Origin: a virus
Strand: one strand, 5' to 3'
DNA length: 64,000 nt
IMG/VR virus record: IMGVR_UViG_3300041955_000531
Part shown: one piece after another, positions 45,435 to 56,356 of the stretch
Layout of the letters: each line of letters opens with the position of its first letter
Position numbering within the stretch: the stretch's first letter is position 1
The notes under the pieces: generated by a model
Told to the model about the DNA's origin: nothing
What the model saw: the letters and a program-made list of their open reading frames with translations, nothing else
Databases searched by the model: none
Made by a program: the position numbers and the translations under genes

Positions 45435-48400
45435 TGGGACAGATAATCACAACTCGAGATGACAATCAAGCGGGATACTTCCGTATTGGTAACCTTGTAC
45501 TGAACATTCCTCCGGAACAGATTCAGTGCCACAAGGTTATCAACGGCGAAGAGGTTATGCCTCTGCGCTTCCCGTTCGCTATTCCTATCAAGACTGGTCA
45601 GTCGCGTTGGGATGTAACGTGGACCTGGAAGTGCGTTGCTGATTATGATAATGCCGACTACTCAGCATGGACTGATGTACAGATGCTCCTGGCTATGTTT
45701 AAGGCTGCTCCCTTCGTTGAAGTAGAGAACGATCATATCCGTCAGATCGTGAACCCTGCGGTTCTAACTCAAGGGGCTACTGCAGATGACGTTATGGCTT
45801 TTGCTCTGCGTCAGATGCGTGTGGAAACTAATCCTGATTTGATTGACACGCTGCAAGTTACCATGACGATGTCGTACTTCAACTATCGTCCGTACTCCAA
45901 GAACTTCCAGTATGATGATTGGACAGGCAACTCTACTTCCAGTGCTCTGAACTCGCCACTTTTCACAGCTTACTTGTTGAACTGGATCCAGACGAATCTG
46001 AACAGTGATCCTACCCAACAGCCTGATACAGGTATGACTGTCTCCTCCACGAACTGGCAGGGACAGATACCTGGCAGTATTACGTTTACTGCGCGCGAGT
46101 ATGCTGCTTGCGCACTGCCTAATGATACAGGTCTCAATCCTCCGCCGGCCGGATCTGGAGCCCTCAATCCAGCCAATCCTGGAGCCACTCGACAGGGTAC
46201 TGCTGCACAGGGGAAAGCCAGCGCTGGAAACTTCGTAGATAACATCGTTATCGACACAACTGATATACACAATCCTGCTATTCAGTGGTGGGTGAAGTCT
46301 GCTGCCTTTCCGGAATCCAACAACAACTATTCGGCGATCAACAAGTCTACAGTGACCAATACCGGCAAGCCTTCGGCTGCAGTAGGTCTTCTGCAGTGGG
46401 TGCGCGCGGCTGCTATTGATGCTATGAAGGCAGCTGATACTTATCTTGGCACACACTATGTTTCTGTGGCTGTGCAGAGTGGTTATCTGGTTGCTGCTCG
46501 TACTAACAATGGATACAACTGGGCATCTAAGTCTGTTCCAAGTCCACAGTCAACAGATCCTGTATTGGCAACCTATATCTCTTGGATGATGAGCCCGCCT
46601 ATCACAGGTGGACAAGCCCAGCTTCAGAATGACATGGCTACAGGTTGGGCTATCCTCAAGCTGCGTGCTAACAATGGTTCTGCTCTGTCGGCTTGGGAAG
46701 CACATCGTTTTGGACAAGGCATCGTGAATAATGGACAAGGTTCTCCAAGTATGGATAACACTTGGTTCACGAAGGCTACGAATACTTACCGCACACTATC
46801 GAATGATCCAAATGCTTTCACTCCTCAGGAAGGTACAATACCGCCTGCTGGTAATCCTAACCCGGCAACGAATACTACTCCAGTGGTAAGCGGTAACAAC
46901 ACAAACACACCTCCAAACATTTCTAACTCAACCAACCCACCACCGACTGCGACAACTCCGCCGCCGATGACAACGCAGATTCGCTATCTGTTGAACAACA
47001 ACTATACGTATGACTACGCTACTGAGTCTGCTGCGTTCCTATACAAAGAACACTACATCAAGATGACAGCTAAGGAGAATGATGATCAGCCGGCCAGCTC
47101 GGATATCGAAGATATAGATCCAGAGCACTTTATCTATCCGATGCAGATCTCTGTTGTGTTCGTCAATAACATCTCCCAGATCCCGTTGGCTGGGTATCAG
47201 TATCCGACCTATCAGCACTTGGGTCCTGGGTCTACACTGGTGTCTGTTGGCTTGCTGTCGAATGCCAAGATTCCAGAAGCTGCTGACAGTTATCCAGAAC
47301 CGGAACATACTGGACTCAGCTTGCTGTCCAACATGACTAAGATGCTGGAAGATCAGTTCCAGAGCTTGCGCAATGAGTGGCGCCGTGTGAACTCTATTCA
47401 TCGTATGCAATCGATAGCAGTCCAGAACCAAGTCCTTAACATGCTGGGTATTCGCGGCTTGTTGACAAAAGAACTGACAACTGAAACCATACCTGAAGCA
47501 GCAAGTGAAGTAACTGCCCAGTACAATGCCATTCAATATGAGAACGTCTATTATGCTGAGGGCCCAAATCCATATCAGGTGAATACAACACCCTTTGGAT
47601 TCTCTCAAATCTGGCTGAAGATCCTGCGTGACGGCACGATCGTCAATGACTTCTCTGGTGATACATCACTCACTGCCTTGGTGAACTTGGCAAAGATGAT
47701 GACGTATTCAAATACAGTATCTACCGCTGTTTCTTCAGTGACGGGTACTACTGCTACTGGAGCAGAAGCTAATCAGTTCTTGTGGAACTGGTTAACTCAG
47801 CAATCACCGACTGTAACACCAGCCGGAGGTGCAGTATCAGGTGCTATTGGGGGTGTTGCATTAGGCACAGCGGTGCAGCAAGCGCTTACGCATTTTCTGG
47901 CTCCGCCTCCTATCTCTAGTGAAGCTTACAATGTGTTGTCTCCTGCTCCTTTCGAGCAACAGGAGCAACTGCTGATGGTTAAGTTGCTAGATGAGTTTCC
48001 AAGCAGCCTGACGGGTCTGAGAGACAATACCTTCACCGAAGACTTCCCAGATATAGCGAATCGAATCAAGAGTCATGGTGGTCAGTTAAACTACTCCGAC
48101 TATTTCCTGATTAAGAACTGGCCAACTCTATCTGAGCTGCCGGATTATCAGCTGTTTCAAACCTACTCCAAGAATATTGATGCCCGTGTCTCTGCGGCTC
48201 TGGCTGCGGATCCTGCTTTAGAGTCACCAGTCAATCAGCTGTGGGATCAGTTTGTAGGCTTTGCCTATGCTAACAACTATCAGTTGATTCGTGACCAAAT
48301 GCAACGCGCGCAGTCGTCTCCACAGCTGAAACCTCTGTTTGTGACAACACAGACGACTACCACACCTGGTAATGCTCAGCTCCCAGGACACTCGTGCTAT

Positions 48401-51292
48401 CTGGATATGGGTCTCAAAGATGTTACATACGTCGGCCGCGATAACAATCCGGCCATGTACTTCCATGATGACAATGCTGACTTGATTGCCAGTATGCAGA
48501 AGCAGATCACTTCCATTGTTTCGCAGACAATGACTTCGGTAACAAACTTCGAACAAGTAACTCCTAATGTCGACACAGGGAAGCTGGTTCATACAAATAC
48601 AGCATCCTTCACGGGTAATGCACAGGCTATCATTTCAAATGTTAAGCCTTCTAGCTACACGATGTCCAAGGCATTCCCCACATTCAAGTTGTTCCTGATG
48701 GAAGACAACGCGCAGAAACCGTTTTATGCTTACGATAACTTCTACTCGTACGCTACGGTTCTTGACATGGAGATCATTCGCTATCGGGATAGACCCGACA
48801 CAGCGGTCATTCAGGTCTCCAATCTACTGCACATGCTGGATCAGCACATGTTCGATGGCACGCCGCAAGGTCGCCAGGAAGCAAGACTGCACGCGCCGGT
48901 AACAACTAATATACCAGCCGATCAGCAGCTTGTCATCCCTGCTGGTGGTGTGGCTAGTATGGATATCAATCAGCCTACAGCTGATGCATGGACTCTTGAC
49001 AATCGATTCCCTCAGATCGCGGCCCATCATCCTGTTGACACTACTACAGCGAATCGCCAGATCGATAACAAGTTTCCGCTTCGTTATTTTGCTCTGCAAA
49101 CAGGCACTAAGGTACAGGTGCGTATGGGGTTCTCGAATAACCCTGACTTGCTTGTGCCTGTCTTTACCGGCCAGGTAACGCAAATCGAAGGTGACGAGAT
49201 TCTCTCGATCGTTTGCCAGAGTTACATGCTCGAACTGGTTGTGCCGGCTCAAGATGAGATCCGTAAGGATGGATTCACGATTGATGGCCGCATCAATAAG
49301 CTGACCAATGCTCTAGTGAAGAGTGTTCGCGATTTCCCTAGCAATATACCTAATATTCCAGGTGATTTGCTTGGTGGTATCTTTGGTAATACACCTGCCT
49401 TTGGAGGCAACAGCACTGTTGGAGGCTATAAGATTCCTGGGCTTAACTCTCCAGGTGGGACTGTGGCTGATGTTATGAGTGCCATGCTGGGTGTTAGCAC
49501 AGCTAAGCATTTTGGTCGTTGGCAGCTTGGCGCTCCGACGGATCACTATATCAAGGGCCACAACTGGAACACCCTGCTGGGTTCAGTCTTGATTCTGACT
49601 AGCAGTTCGCCTCTGACTGCTGGGGCAACCGGTTTGGAATCAGGCTATGATCGTAGCTTTGAGAACATTCTAACAACACACATCTTTGGACCAGATGGTA
49701 CAGCTGTAGCTGATGCAAATGGTGGAGCTCGTACGTGGTGGTACGAACTGCCGGGCGGCTATGGTTCGCCAGAGTACTATATTCCCAAGGACTCTATCAT
49801 GACTCCTTGGACGTATATCCAGGACATCGCGCGCCGCTATCCTGAGTTTATCCTCGCCGTTAAGCAATATGGTTTTCCATATACTGCGGATGCTACTCTT
49901 GTGTTTGCTAATCCACACGATTTCTATTCTTCGCGTACGCCAGTGCCAGGCGAAGTCGAGTTGCAGCAGCAGGCAGCTTCAGATACGACCCAGTTTAATC
50001 TCTGGTGGACAGGTGGCACCAATAGTGGACAGGCTCAGTTCAGGGCCTTCTGCAATGGTGTTGGTTCTCAATGGGCCTCTAGTGCAGAGAACCAATACGA
50101 ATATACTCTGAATGGCGCCACAGAAGGCTCAGAGTTCTATACTTTCTTCATAGCTACTGTGGGTGCAACTTTACAAAGTCCTAATGCGGCCGCTGATAAG
50201 ATGATAGGCTACATCAATGGTGGTGGGCCTGGAGTCTTCTTCAACATCACTAATATCTTCGCGCAGCAGATGGCAAGTAATGTTTCTTCTCTTGGCTTGG
50301 TTATAGGCACGACTCCTGGCAAAACCATCTCTCCATTCCAAGGTGAACAGGGTCTTCAGCAACTAGTCCAGAACTACTATACTTGGCTGAATCAACAGAC
50401 TCAACCAGGTGCCAATCTGGCTGTGAACGCTCGTATGAAACCCGTCCGTCGTTGGCACTTAGTGAATGGTGACAACATCATTCATAATGGTATCAATCTG
50501 AATGAGAACTTCTACAACACAGTCCGTTTGGTGAATCAGACGTTACCAGCGAACGAAGCGATCCCATCACAGTATCGTCGTATGTTGCTTGCTGATCCAT
50601 TCATTGTGGACAAGAAGAACATCAAGGGTGATACACCTTACACGAATGCTTACATGCAGAGCTTTTTGCGTGATGAACTAGCTAAGGCTTATCGTGGTGA
50701 GCTTGTGCTTCTTGGTAACCCGGAGATCGAGCCTTTCGATGTCCTGATGCTTCTGGATCCTTCCACTGGCATCTCGGGCCCAGTTGAGGTTGATAGTGTG
50801 ATCCACTCATTCAATCAGGAAACTGGCTTCATTACGATCGTGCGTCCACGCGCGTTTGTTGTGATCAATGATAAGCTGAGCATGCCTATACACCAGGCTG
50901 TGTGGGATATGCTGACCAGAATGGAAACCCAGATTGAAGGTTGGACGATACACAATCCACTAATCAATAGCTCTAACTTGCCTGTGGTTCAGGCTGAGTT
51001 AGGTATTCTTGCCTTGATTGGCGCCGCGGCTATCAGTCCTTGGATTGCTGTGCCGGCCGCGCTAGCAGGCGGAGCGGCTATCTTCTGGACTGGTAAGGTC
51101 GTTAACCGCCTCAATCCAATGGGGATTGCTCCGCTTACCCGCTTCCAGAGACCCTGGATTTCAGGTCTCGAAGGCTGGAAGGTGGACGATGTCCTGGGTA
51201 CTTTGCAGACAAAGTGGCAGTATTTCAAGGAAGACGAAATCGAGCCCCTTATGTTCTCGTTCCGCCAGGCCCGCAATATGGGTCTTATCTAA
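45434..51292 (+). CDS. Baseplate hub protein with a lytic-transglycosylase-like domain
   Basis: 1952 aa; PESNNNYSAIN...AVGLLQW (E294); hub-like GTKVQVRMGFSNNP...FTGQV and YRGELVLLGNPEIEPFD...VIHSF...GFIT; C-terminal hydrophobic helices. Confidence 0.75.
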   Translation: MGQIITTRDDNQAGYFRIGNLVLNIPPEQIQCHKVINGEEVMPLRFPFAIPIKTGQSRWDVTWTWKCVADYDNADYSAWTDVQMLLAMFKAAPFVEVENDHIRQIVNPAVLTQGATADDVMAFALRQMRVETNPDLIDTLQVTMTMSYFNYRPYSKNFQYDDWTGNSTSSALNSPLFTAYLLNWIQTNLNSDPTQQPDTGMTVSSTNWQGQIPGSITFTAREYAACALPNDTGLNPPPAGSGALNPANPGATRQGTAAQGKASAGNFVDNIVIDTTDIHNPAIQWWVKSAAFPESNNNYSAINKSTVTNTGKPSAAVGLLQWVRAAAIDAMKAADTYLGTHYVSVAVQSGYLVAARTNNGYNWASKSVPSPQSTDPVLATYISWMMSPPITGGQAQLQNDMATGWAILKLRANNGSALSAWEAHRFGQGIVNNGQGSPSMDNTWFTKATNTYRTLSNDPNAFTPQEGTIPPAGNPNPATNTTPVVSGNNTNTPPNISNSTNPPPTATTPPPMTTQIRYLLNNNYTYDYATESAAFLYKEHYIKMTAKENDDQPASSDIEDIDPEHFIYPMQISVVFVNNISQIPLAGYQYPTYQHLGPGSTLVSVGLLSNAKIPEAADSYPEPEHTGLSLLSNMTKMLEDQFQSLRNEWRRVNSIHRMQSIAVQNQVLNMLGIRGLLTKELTTETIPEAASEVTAQYNAIQYENVYYAEGPNPYQVNTTPFGFSQIWLKILRDGTIVNDFSGDTSLTALVNLAKMMTYSNTVSTAVSSVTGTTATGAEANQFLWNWLTQQSPTVTPAGGAVSGAIGGVALGTAVQQALTHFLAPPPISSEAYNVLSPAPFEQQEQLLMVKLLDEFPSSLTGLRDNTFTEDFPDIANRIKSHGGQLNYSDYFLIKNWPTLSELPDYQLFQTYSKNIDARVSAALAADPALESPVNQLWDQFVGFAYANNYQLIRDQMQRAQSSPQLKPLFVTTQTTTTPGNAQLPGHSCYLDMGLKDVTYVGRDNNPAMYFHDDNADLIASMQKQITSIVSQTMTSVTNFEQVTPNVDTGKLVHTNTASFTGNAQAIISNVKPSSYTMSKAFPTFKLFLMEDNAQKPFYAYDNFYSYATVLDMEIIRYRDRPDTAVIQVSNLLHMLDQHMFDGTPQGRQEARLHAPVTTNIPADQQLVIPAGGVASMDINQPTADAWTLDNRFPQIAAHHPVDTTTANRQIDNKFPLRYFALQTGTKVQVRMGFSNNPDLLVPVFTGQVTQIEGDEILSIVCQSYMLELVVPAQDEIRKDGFTIDGRINKLTNALVKSVRDFPSNIPNIPGDLLGGIFGNTPAFGGNSTVGGYKIPGLNSPGGTVADVMSAMLGVSTAKHFGRWQLGAPTDHYIKGHNWNTLLGSVLILTSSSPLTAGATGLESGYDRSFENILTTHIFGPDGTAVADANGGARTWWYELPGGYGSPEYYIPKDSIMTPWTYIQDIARRYPEFILAVKQYGFPYTADATLVFANPHDFYSSRTPVPGEVELQQQAASDTTQFNLWWTGGTNSGQAQFRAFCNGVGSQWASSAENQYEYTLNGATEGSEFYTFFIATVGATLQSPNAAADKMIGYINGGGPGVFFNITNIFAQQMASNVSSLGLVIGTTPGKTISPFQGEQGLQQLVQNYYTWLNQQTQPGANLAVNARMKPVRRWHLVNGDNIIHNGINLNENFYNTVRLVNQTLPANEAIPSQYRRMLLADPFIVDKKNIKGDTPYTNAYMQSFLRDELAKAYRGELVLLGNPEIEPFDVLMLLDPSTGISGPVEVDSVIHSFNQETGFITIVRPRAFVVINDKLSMPIHQAVWDMLTRMETQIEGWTIHNPLINSSNLPVVQAELGILALIGAAAISPWIAVPAALAGGAAIFWTGKVVNRLNPMGIAPLTRFQRPWISGLEGWKVDDVLGTLQTKWQYFKEDEIEPLMFSFRQARNMGLI

Positions 51293-51305
51293 CCGCGCGA
51301 TATGG

Positions 51306-51317
51306 TATACTAATCAG
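51306..51317 (+). promoter_or_regulatory. Putative phage promoter motif TATACTAATCAG, copy 3
   Basis: Intergenic TGGTATACTAATCAG followed by a GAGGAGG RBS; precedes the baseplate operon. Confidence 0.6.
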
Positions 51318-51328
51318 AGGAGGTAGAT

Positions 51329-51988
51329 GTGGCAAAGGATCAACGTAACGCTGAGCTAGGTCTCAGGATTGCCAGCACATCGGATTCTACTAAGTCAGCT
51401 GCTCAGAAAGAGTTGGCGGTAGTTAGTCCCTGCTCGCACTGTCAGAACTTCAGCAAAGCCGGCGATACATCTACTGACCCATACCGTACCTCCTGTCCGC
51501 GGCGTATCTGGATTCAGCAACAAGCAAATGCAGATCCTGATAGTGGTCAAGGACCCGACCCCGTTCTATATCTCTCCGGTACGACTGACCCTAATAAACT
51601 TGCGAATCCGGTCGTGGATCAGAATACTGGTAACTACTTGGTCTGGATTGCCGCGGTAGAAGACAATGCAGGCGTTGTGGATGACCAGGGGAATGTTGTC
51701 ACTACAGGGATCCTCGATAGCAAGTTCGACAACACCTACATCAGATGCCGACTTCTTCCGTATGTATCGGAACAGCATCATGATATTCTTCGCACCCTGG
51801 GTCCATTCCAGGAGATGGATCATGTCGTGGCAGAATCACATCGTATTCCTCCCATGACTACTCCATTCACCTCTACCAGTGTTCAGTATCAGGAAACACC
51901 TATAGCGGGCACTGTTTCAAAGGCCTCCTTCGCATATTCCTTCAATACGGTCAACCCAGATGATCATGGGATAGTTGGTGGCACCTAA
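51329..51988 (+). CDS. Baseplate-region protein with four Cys (possible spike-associated)
   Basis: 219 aa with CSHC...C...C; directly after the hub gene. Confidence 0.55.
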   Translation: MAKDQRNAELGLRIASTSDSTKSAAQKELAVVSPCSHCQNFSKAGDTSTDPYRTSCPRRIWIQQQANADPDSGQGPDPVLYLSGTTDPNKLANPVVDQNTGNYLVWIAAVEDNAGVVDDQGNVVTTGILDSKFDNTYIRCRLLPYVSEQHHDILRTLGPFQEMDHVVAESHRIPPMTTPFTSTSVQYQETPIAGTVSKASFAYSFNTVNPDDHGIVGGT

Positions 51989-52404
51989 TGTCAACTCCTG
52001 CCAATGCGATCGTGAATGACCAGCAGCTTCCCTTGTTTGCTCCGCCGGGCACGCAAGTACCTAAGCTTATACACGCTGGTACGGATTGGGTTGGACAGCC
52101 ATACGTCTTCATTGATGACGCGTCGGCCGCTATGTACAGTAAGTTGGGCCTCGGCATCTTGGTAGACAACATCTTCGGTATCGCTATCAGTGGTCCGACA
52201 TCGTTCTCCGAATCATTGGAGAATATCCACTTTGGTTGTGGTTATTGGACTCTCAATCCAGTCCAGCTTTCAAGTATAGGGTCGAGCGCTGCGGTTCCGG
52301 TGCCAACCCTAGTGAACGATACTCCTCGTCTTTTGTCCTCAGCTGCTACTGTCTCCAGTTCAGTCAGCAATCTACAAGCAGCTGATCCTAGTTTCCCAAG
52401 CTAA
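51988..52404 (+). CDS. Baseplate-region hypothetical protein
   Basis: 138 aa, TAATG-coupled on both sides. Confidence 0.6.
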   Translation: MSTPANAIVNDQQLPLFAPPGTQVPKLIHAGTDWVGQPYVFIDDASAAMYSKLGLGILVDNIFGIAISGPTSFSESLENIHFGCGYWTLNPVQLSSIGSSAAVPVPTLVNDTPRLLSSAATVSSSVSNLQAADPSFPS

Positions 52405-52811
52405 TGGCAACTTCACCTACAATCCCGGGCGGCTTCGTAGACTTCCAGTGGATGTCGCAAGGCGACTTTATCCTCTCTGGCGGTGATCTTGCTACCACTA
52501 ACCCTTCTACCCTGGCAAGTATCCAGGACATGACACGTACCCGATTGAAGGCGGCGCTTAATGGCTGGCAGCTATATCCAATCGGGGCTGACCTGCAAGC
52601 CAGACTAGGTGATACGATTAATCAGGAGCTTAACATCACCTTGCGTCGGCAGGTAAATAACTCTCTGACCAATCAGTTCCTTCCTCGCGGTTCCTTCAAT
52701 GTCCAGAGTATTCAGGACAATGATATCATCACGATCTACGTTTATCTCAATCAGTCCTTGATCGCAACAGCAACGCTGAATCCATTGACAGGGACATCGA
52801 CGGTTTCCTAA
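52404..52811 (+). CDS. Baseplate wedge/sheath initiator (gp25/gpW-like)
   Basis: GDFILSGGDLA...RLKA...WQLYPIGADL; precedes baseplate J. Confidence 0.75.
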   Translation: MATSPTIPGGFVDFQWMSQGDFILSGGDLATTNPSTLASIQDMTRTRLKAALNGWQLYPIGADLQARLGDTINQELNITLRRQVNNSLTNQFLPRGSFNVQSIQDNDIITIYVYLNQSLIATATLNPLTGTSTVS

Positions 52812-52812
52812 T

Positions 52813-54015
52813 ATGCCCATACAGCAACCTACCTCAGCGACCACATTCCAAAATCAGATCCTAAGCGCTCTGGCAACTACAGCCATCACTCAGTTGTCGC
52901 CTGGTGGTAAGGCGCGCGCGATCGCTGACATCGTTGGAGATGTGCTGGGCACTACAGAGACAGACTGTTTCAATATGGTGTCTCAGAGTCTGCTGCCTTA
53001 TGCTACTGGCAGCTCCCTAGATTTGATTGGAGATGTCTTTGGTGTGACGCGTCTAGCTCAGACGAATACTACGGTCATTCCAGATGACAACAACTTCGAG
53101 TTCTACGTACGTTCTGGAACCTTCGGTACAATCAATAACGGTCAGAACATCGTAGTGCCTGTAGGTACTACAGTCAGTTCTAGTAGTCCTGGTGGGCCAG
53201 TATTCGTTCTTACGCAGCCTGTGACTTTGGTGGCTGCAAACAGTTCGGCTTATTTTGCCGCAGCCAGCCAGACACCTGGTTCCGCAGGTAACATTGCTTC
53301 AGGTGTCATTGATACTTGCAACTTCCTGAACTATGCACAGTCACAGTACGGCACCCTGCTTGTAACGAACAACTTCGGTGTGGTTGGCGGCGCCGACGCG
53401 GAAGGTGATGATGACTACCGCTACAGAATCAACCTCAAGATCACGTCCAGAGCTGGAGCCAATCAAGCGGCTCTACAGTTCGCTATTCTACAAGTCCCCG
53501 GCGTGCAGAATGTTGTTTTCCAGCCTCAGGCGGGCACGTTTATCTGTTATGTTTATGGGATCGCCCCTCAAGTCCCTCCAAGTTTGCTCCAGCTCGTCCA
53601 AACAGCTATCAATAACACCGCAGCCTATCCATTAACAGGGTTGGCTGTAGCACCGAATCTCGTCGGCATTAGCCTTGAGACAACAGTCACCTTTGTTGCT
53701 GGTGTGTCTTCGGCCAATCAAGCCAGCATCATTCAAAATGCCGTGGCGGCCGCACAGAACTACATCAACAACTTAAGCATCGGGAGTCCCTTGATCATCA
53801 ACGAACTCGCAGCCCAGATAATCAACGCTGATCAGAATATTCTTGACATTGGAACTCCCGATGATCCTATAAACAGTATCTTCATCTGGCGCAGCCGCGC
53901 AGACAATACAAGATACAGCCGCTTCCTAGTACAAGACTACACGCCGGCTTTGGGCGAACGTATTGTAACTGAGTACTCGATCTCTAACCCGATCAACTTG
54001 ATCCCAGCATCCTAA
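52813..54015 (+). CDS. Baseplate J-like protein
   Basis: ATGSSLDLIGDVFGVTR, VPVGTTV, PGSAGNI, GGADAEGDDDYRYRI and LQVPGV. Confidence 0.92.
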   Translation: MPIQQPTSATTFQNQILSALATTAITQLSPGGKARAIADIVGDVLGTTETDCFNMVSQSLLPYATGSSLDLIGDVFGVTRLAQTNTTVIPDDNNFEFYVRSGTFGTINNGQNIVVPVGTTVSSSSPGGPVFVLTQPVTLVAANSSAYFAAASQTPGSAGNIASGVIDTCNFLNYAQSQYGTLLVTNNFGVVGGADAEGDDDYRYRINLKITSRAGANQAALQFAILQVPGVQNVVFQPQAGTFICYVYGIAPQVPPSLLQLVQTAINNTAAYPLTGLAVAPNLVGISLETTVTFVAGVSSANQASIIQNAVAAAQNYINNLSIGSPLIINELAAQIINADQNILDIGTPDDPINSIFIWRSRADNTRYSRFLVQDYTPALGERIVTEYSISNPINLIPAS

Positions 54016-55553
54016 TGAGCACACCGCCAACAATCTATTCGCACCTGACCCAGGTGATGCTGAACTATTACCCTGATACGGATATCCGTGTTCGAGAGAA
54101 TCCTGTCACTGTTGTTGCTCAGCTGTTAAACTCTATTGCTAATCCGATGGAGCTTCAGAACATGCAGATCCAACGGGAACTTCGCGCGCTGAATCTATCG
54201 GATGTCCCGATGAACATAGATAATGGCGGTGTCTACTATGGAGCTTTGGTCCCTCTATCGTTTAACCTGCCTTATGATGCTCAAGGCAATCTCCTGCCGC
54301 CGACCACTATCAAGGGTCAAATAGTTGGGGGACCTTTAGTCACGTTGACAGCCTATGATGATACGCTTCCGGTGCCTACGCGTATCTATCAGGACTCTAG
54401 TATTCCAGCTGTGGCTTTGTCGAACCCTCAGCTCATCAATGTGACTGGAGATGGGGTTACGCCCTTCAATCTTAGTCCTGGTGTCTTGCCTCTGCCTAAT
54501 GCTATCTTGTTCACAGTACACGGGATGGGCTCAGTAACCACAGCCTTTAGTATCTCGATTACAGGATACCTGAATCCTCCTGCTGTGTGGCCCCAGGACA
54601 TCAGTACCCGCAATGAAGTCCTGGTCATTTCAGATGACGGCTTCTATCAGACAGACTCCGTCTGGTATTCGATTAGCAGCATTAGTGTGACAGGTCTGCC
54701 TGCAGGCTGTCAGCTGATAGGTTATGTGCTGGGTGTTCAGCTCCCGGCCGAGCAGGATATAGATCGTCCATTCACACATCCTGCCTACCGTGGCATTACC
54801 TTCCCACGTTACTGGCAGCTAGATGATGTGACGCTAAAGGAAGTCTACAAGCGCAATAGATTCGCTGGGTATGAAACCTACCAGACTTATCTACTGACAT
54901 CTACGATGGTTGATTGTGCGGTAGAACCGAATACCAACGGTATGTTCCTGGCTGACGGTACGAACTTGATCTACGCCGATCGTCGAACACCGATGCCAGC
55001 CAATCTGATCGAGACTGGACATACGTCAGAGCCACCCTATACCATCAATGTGTGGTATGATTACAACAAACCTGGGGATACGAAGTATGCTTACATTTCC
55101 CCAATAGCAATGGCACAAGCCTCAACAGTAACGCAATGGCGTTACATCATTGAGGATCCGAATGGTGTTCTGTATGTGCTTTTGCCGAGCGGTATTCTTC
55201 AGCAGTACTCAGGTACAGGAGGCTGGAGTGATGGCTATCCTACACCTGTTGCGTTTCCACTGACGGTCATTGGTACTTGGCTAATCTCCCTGGAAACATT
55301 GGGGACAAACAATGTCAAAGCAGCCGACACCTTCCCGTTCGGAAACTTCGAAGCCCAAATCAAAACTACTGTCAGTCTGGCCTCTGTGGTTCCTGCCATA
55401 CAGGGTATTGCGTTTGATGCCTACGACAAGCTCTGGGCCTGGACCGGACAGTTCGCAATCCCGCTAAAGATCTCCTACGATGCCTATGTGTGGGATCCTA
55501 GCACTAGAACGATTTACGCAACAGACGATTATTCGTCCGTCACTATAAGCTAA
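54015..55553 (+). CDS. Baseplate structural protein
   Basis: 512 aa, coupled to baseplate J. Confidence 0.65.
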   Translation: MSTPPTIYSHLTQVMLNYYPDTDIRVRENPVTVVAQLLNSIANPMELQNMQIQRELRALNLSDVPMNIDNGGVYYGALVPLSFNLPYDAQGNLLPPTTIKGQIVGGPLVTLTAYDDTLPVPTRIYQDSSIPAVALSNPQLINVTGDGVTPFNLSPGVLPLPNAILFTVHGMGSVTTAFSISITGYLNPPAVWPQDISTRNEVLVISDDGFYQTDSVWYSISSISVTGLPAGCQLIGYVLGVQLPAEQDIDRPFTHPAYRGITFPRYWQLDDVTLKEVYKRNRFAGYETYQTYLLTSTMVDCAVEPNTNGMFLADGTNLIYADRRTPMPANLIETGHTSEPPYTINVWYDYNKPGDTKYAYISPIAMAQASTVTQWRYIIEDPNGVLYVLLPSGILQQYSGTGGWSDGYPTPVAFPLTVIGTWLISLETLGTNNVKAADTFPFGNFEAQIKTTVSLASVVPAIQGIAFDAYDKLWAWTGQFAIPLKISYDAYVWDPSTRTIYATDDYSSVTIS

Positions 55554-56356
55554 TGGCCCCTACAACAATCACAACGATTACCCAGACCAACAGCACTACC
55601 TATGCTGATGAGGTAGGAGTACTGATAGGTCTAAGCCGCCTGCCTGGTGAGACGTCTGAAGCGTACATCAAGCGCCTGAATAACGCTACTCGCATCGATA
55701 CTAGTCAGGACTATGTAGGGTTGCTGAATGAGTTGACCCTTCAGCTGGGTCTGACGATAGGTAACGTGATCTCCCTGGCTAGTGTGTCTGGTAATCCACT
55801 GCAGGTGGATATAGCTTTGAATGGTATCACTTTAACTGATACAATAACTCTAGCTACCCAGACCGTTCCAGTTGTGTTGGTGGATATCGACGATGCTTGG
55901 ACTTGGTACATGCTATCTGATGTTGTGGGGACGATCAACGCGGGCACGGTTGCAACGGCTACGCTATTGGTTGCAGACGGGCCAACTATTCGAATATCTC
56001 GGCAGTCAAACCTCCTCACAGTCATTGCGCAGCCGATCTCTGGTCAGAATGTTAACGTTGGGTATACCAATGTTATCCCTGGCTCAGAACTCTTTAACGT
56101 GCCTGTTTCCTCTTACACACCCAACTATGCTACTGGCACGTTTGTCTTCAGCTCTCCAGTCCCAACTGGCACACAAATAACCTATAAGCGTTTGGTGTGG
56201 CCATACAATATCATTGGTGGGGATGTTTCTCTCTACTCGTTGCTGGATCCCGCCGTCGGTCAGATGGCACAAGGTCCTGCGGGTACTATGGTGTATCAGA
56301 TTCAAGAAGCTGTTGAAGCTATCATGCAGCAAGATCAGAGTTATTGGGCGACCTAA
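55553..56356 (+). CDS. Baseplate wedge protein (tail protein I-like N-terminus)
   Basis: DEVGVLIGLSRLPGETSEAYIKRL motif. Confidence 0.65.
   Translation: MAPTTITTITQTNSTTYADEVGVLIGLSRLPGETSEAYIKRLNNATRIDTSQDYVGLLNELTLQLGLTIGNVISLASVSGNPLQVDIALNGITLTDTITLATQTVPVVLVDIDDAWTWYMLSDVVGTINAGTVATATLLVADGPTIRISRQSNLLTVIAQPISGQNVNVGYTNVIPGSELFNVPVSSYTPNYATGTFVFSSPVPTGTQITYKRLVWPYNIIGGDVSLYSLLDPAVGQMAQGPAGTMVYQIQEAVEAIMQQDQSYWAT

Noticed and set aside
28179-56356. Bacterial contractile injection system or tailocin rather than a phage
   Set aside because: Terminase, portal, protease and major capsid genes are present in the same gene run.
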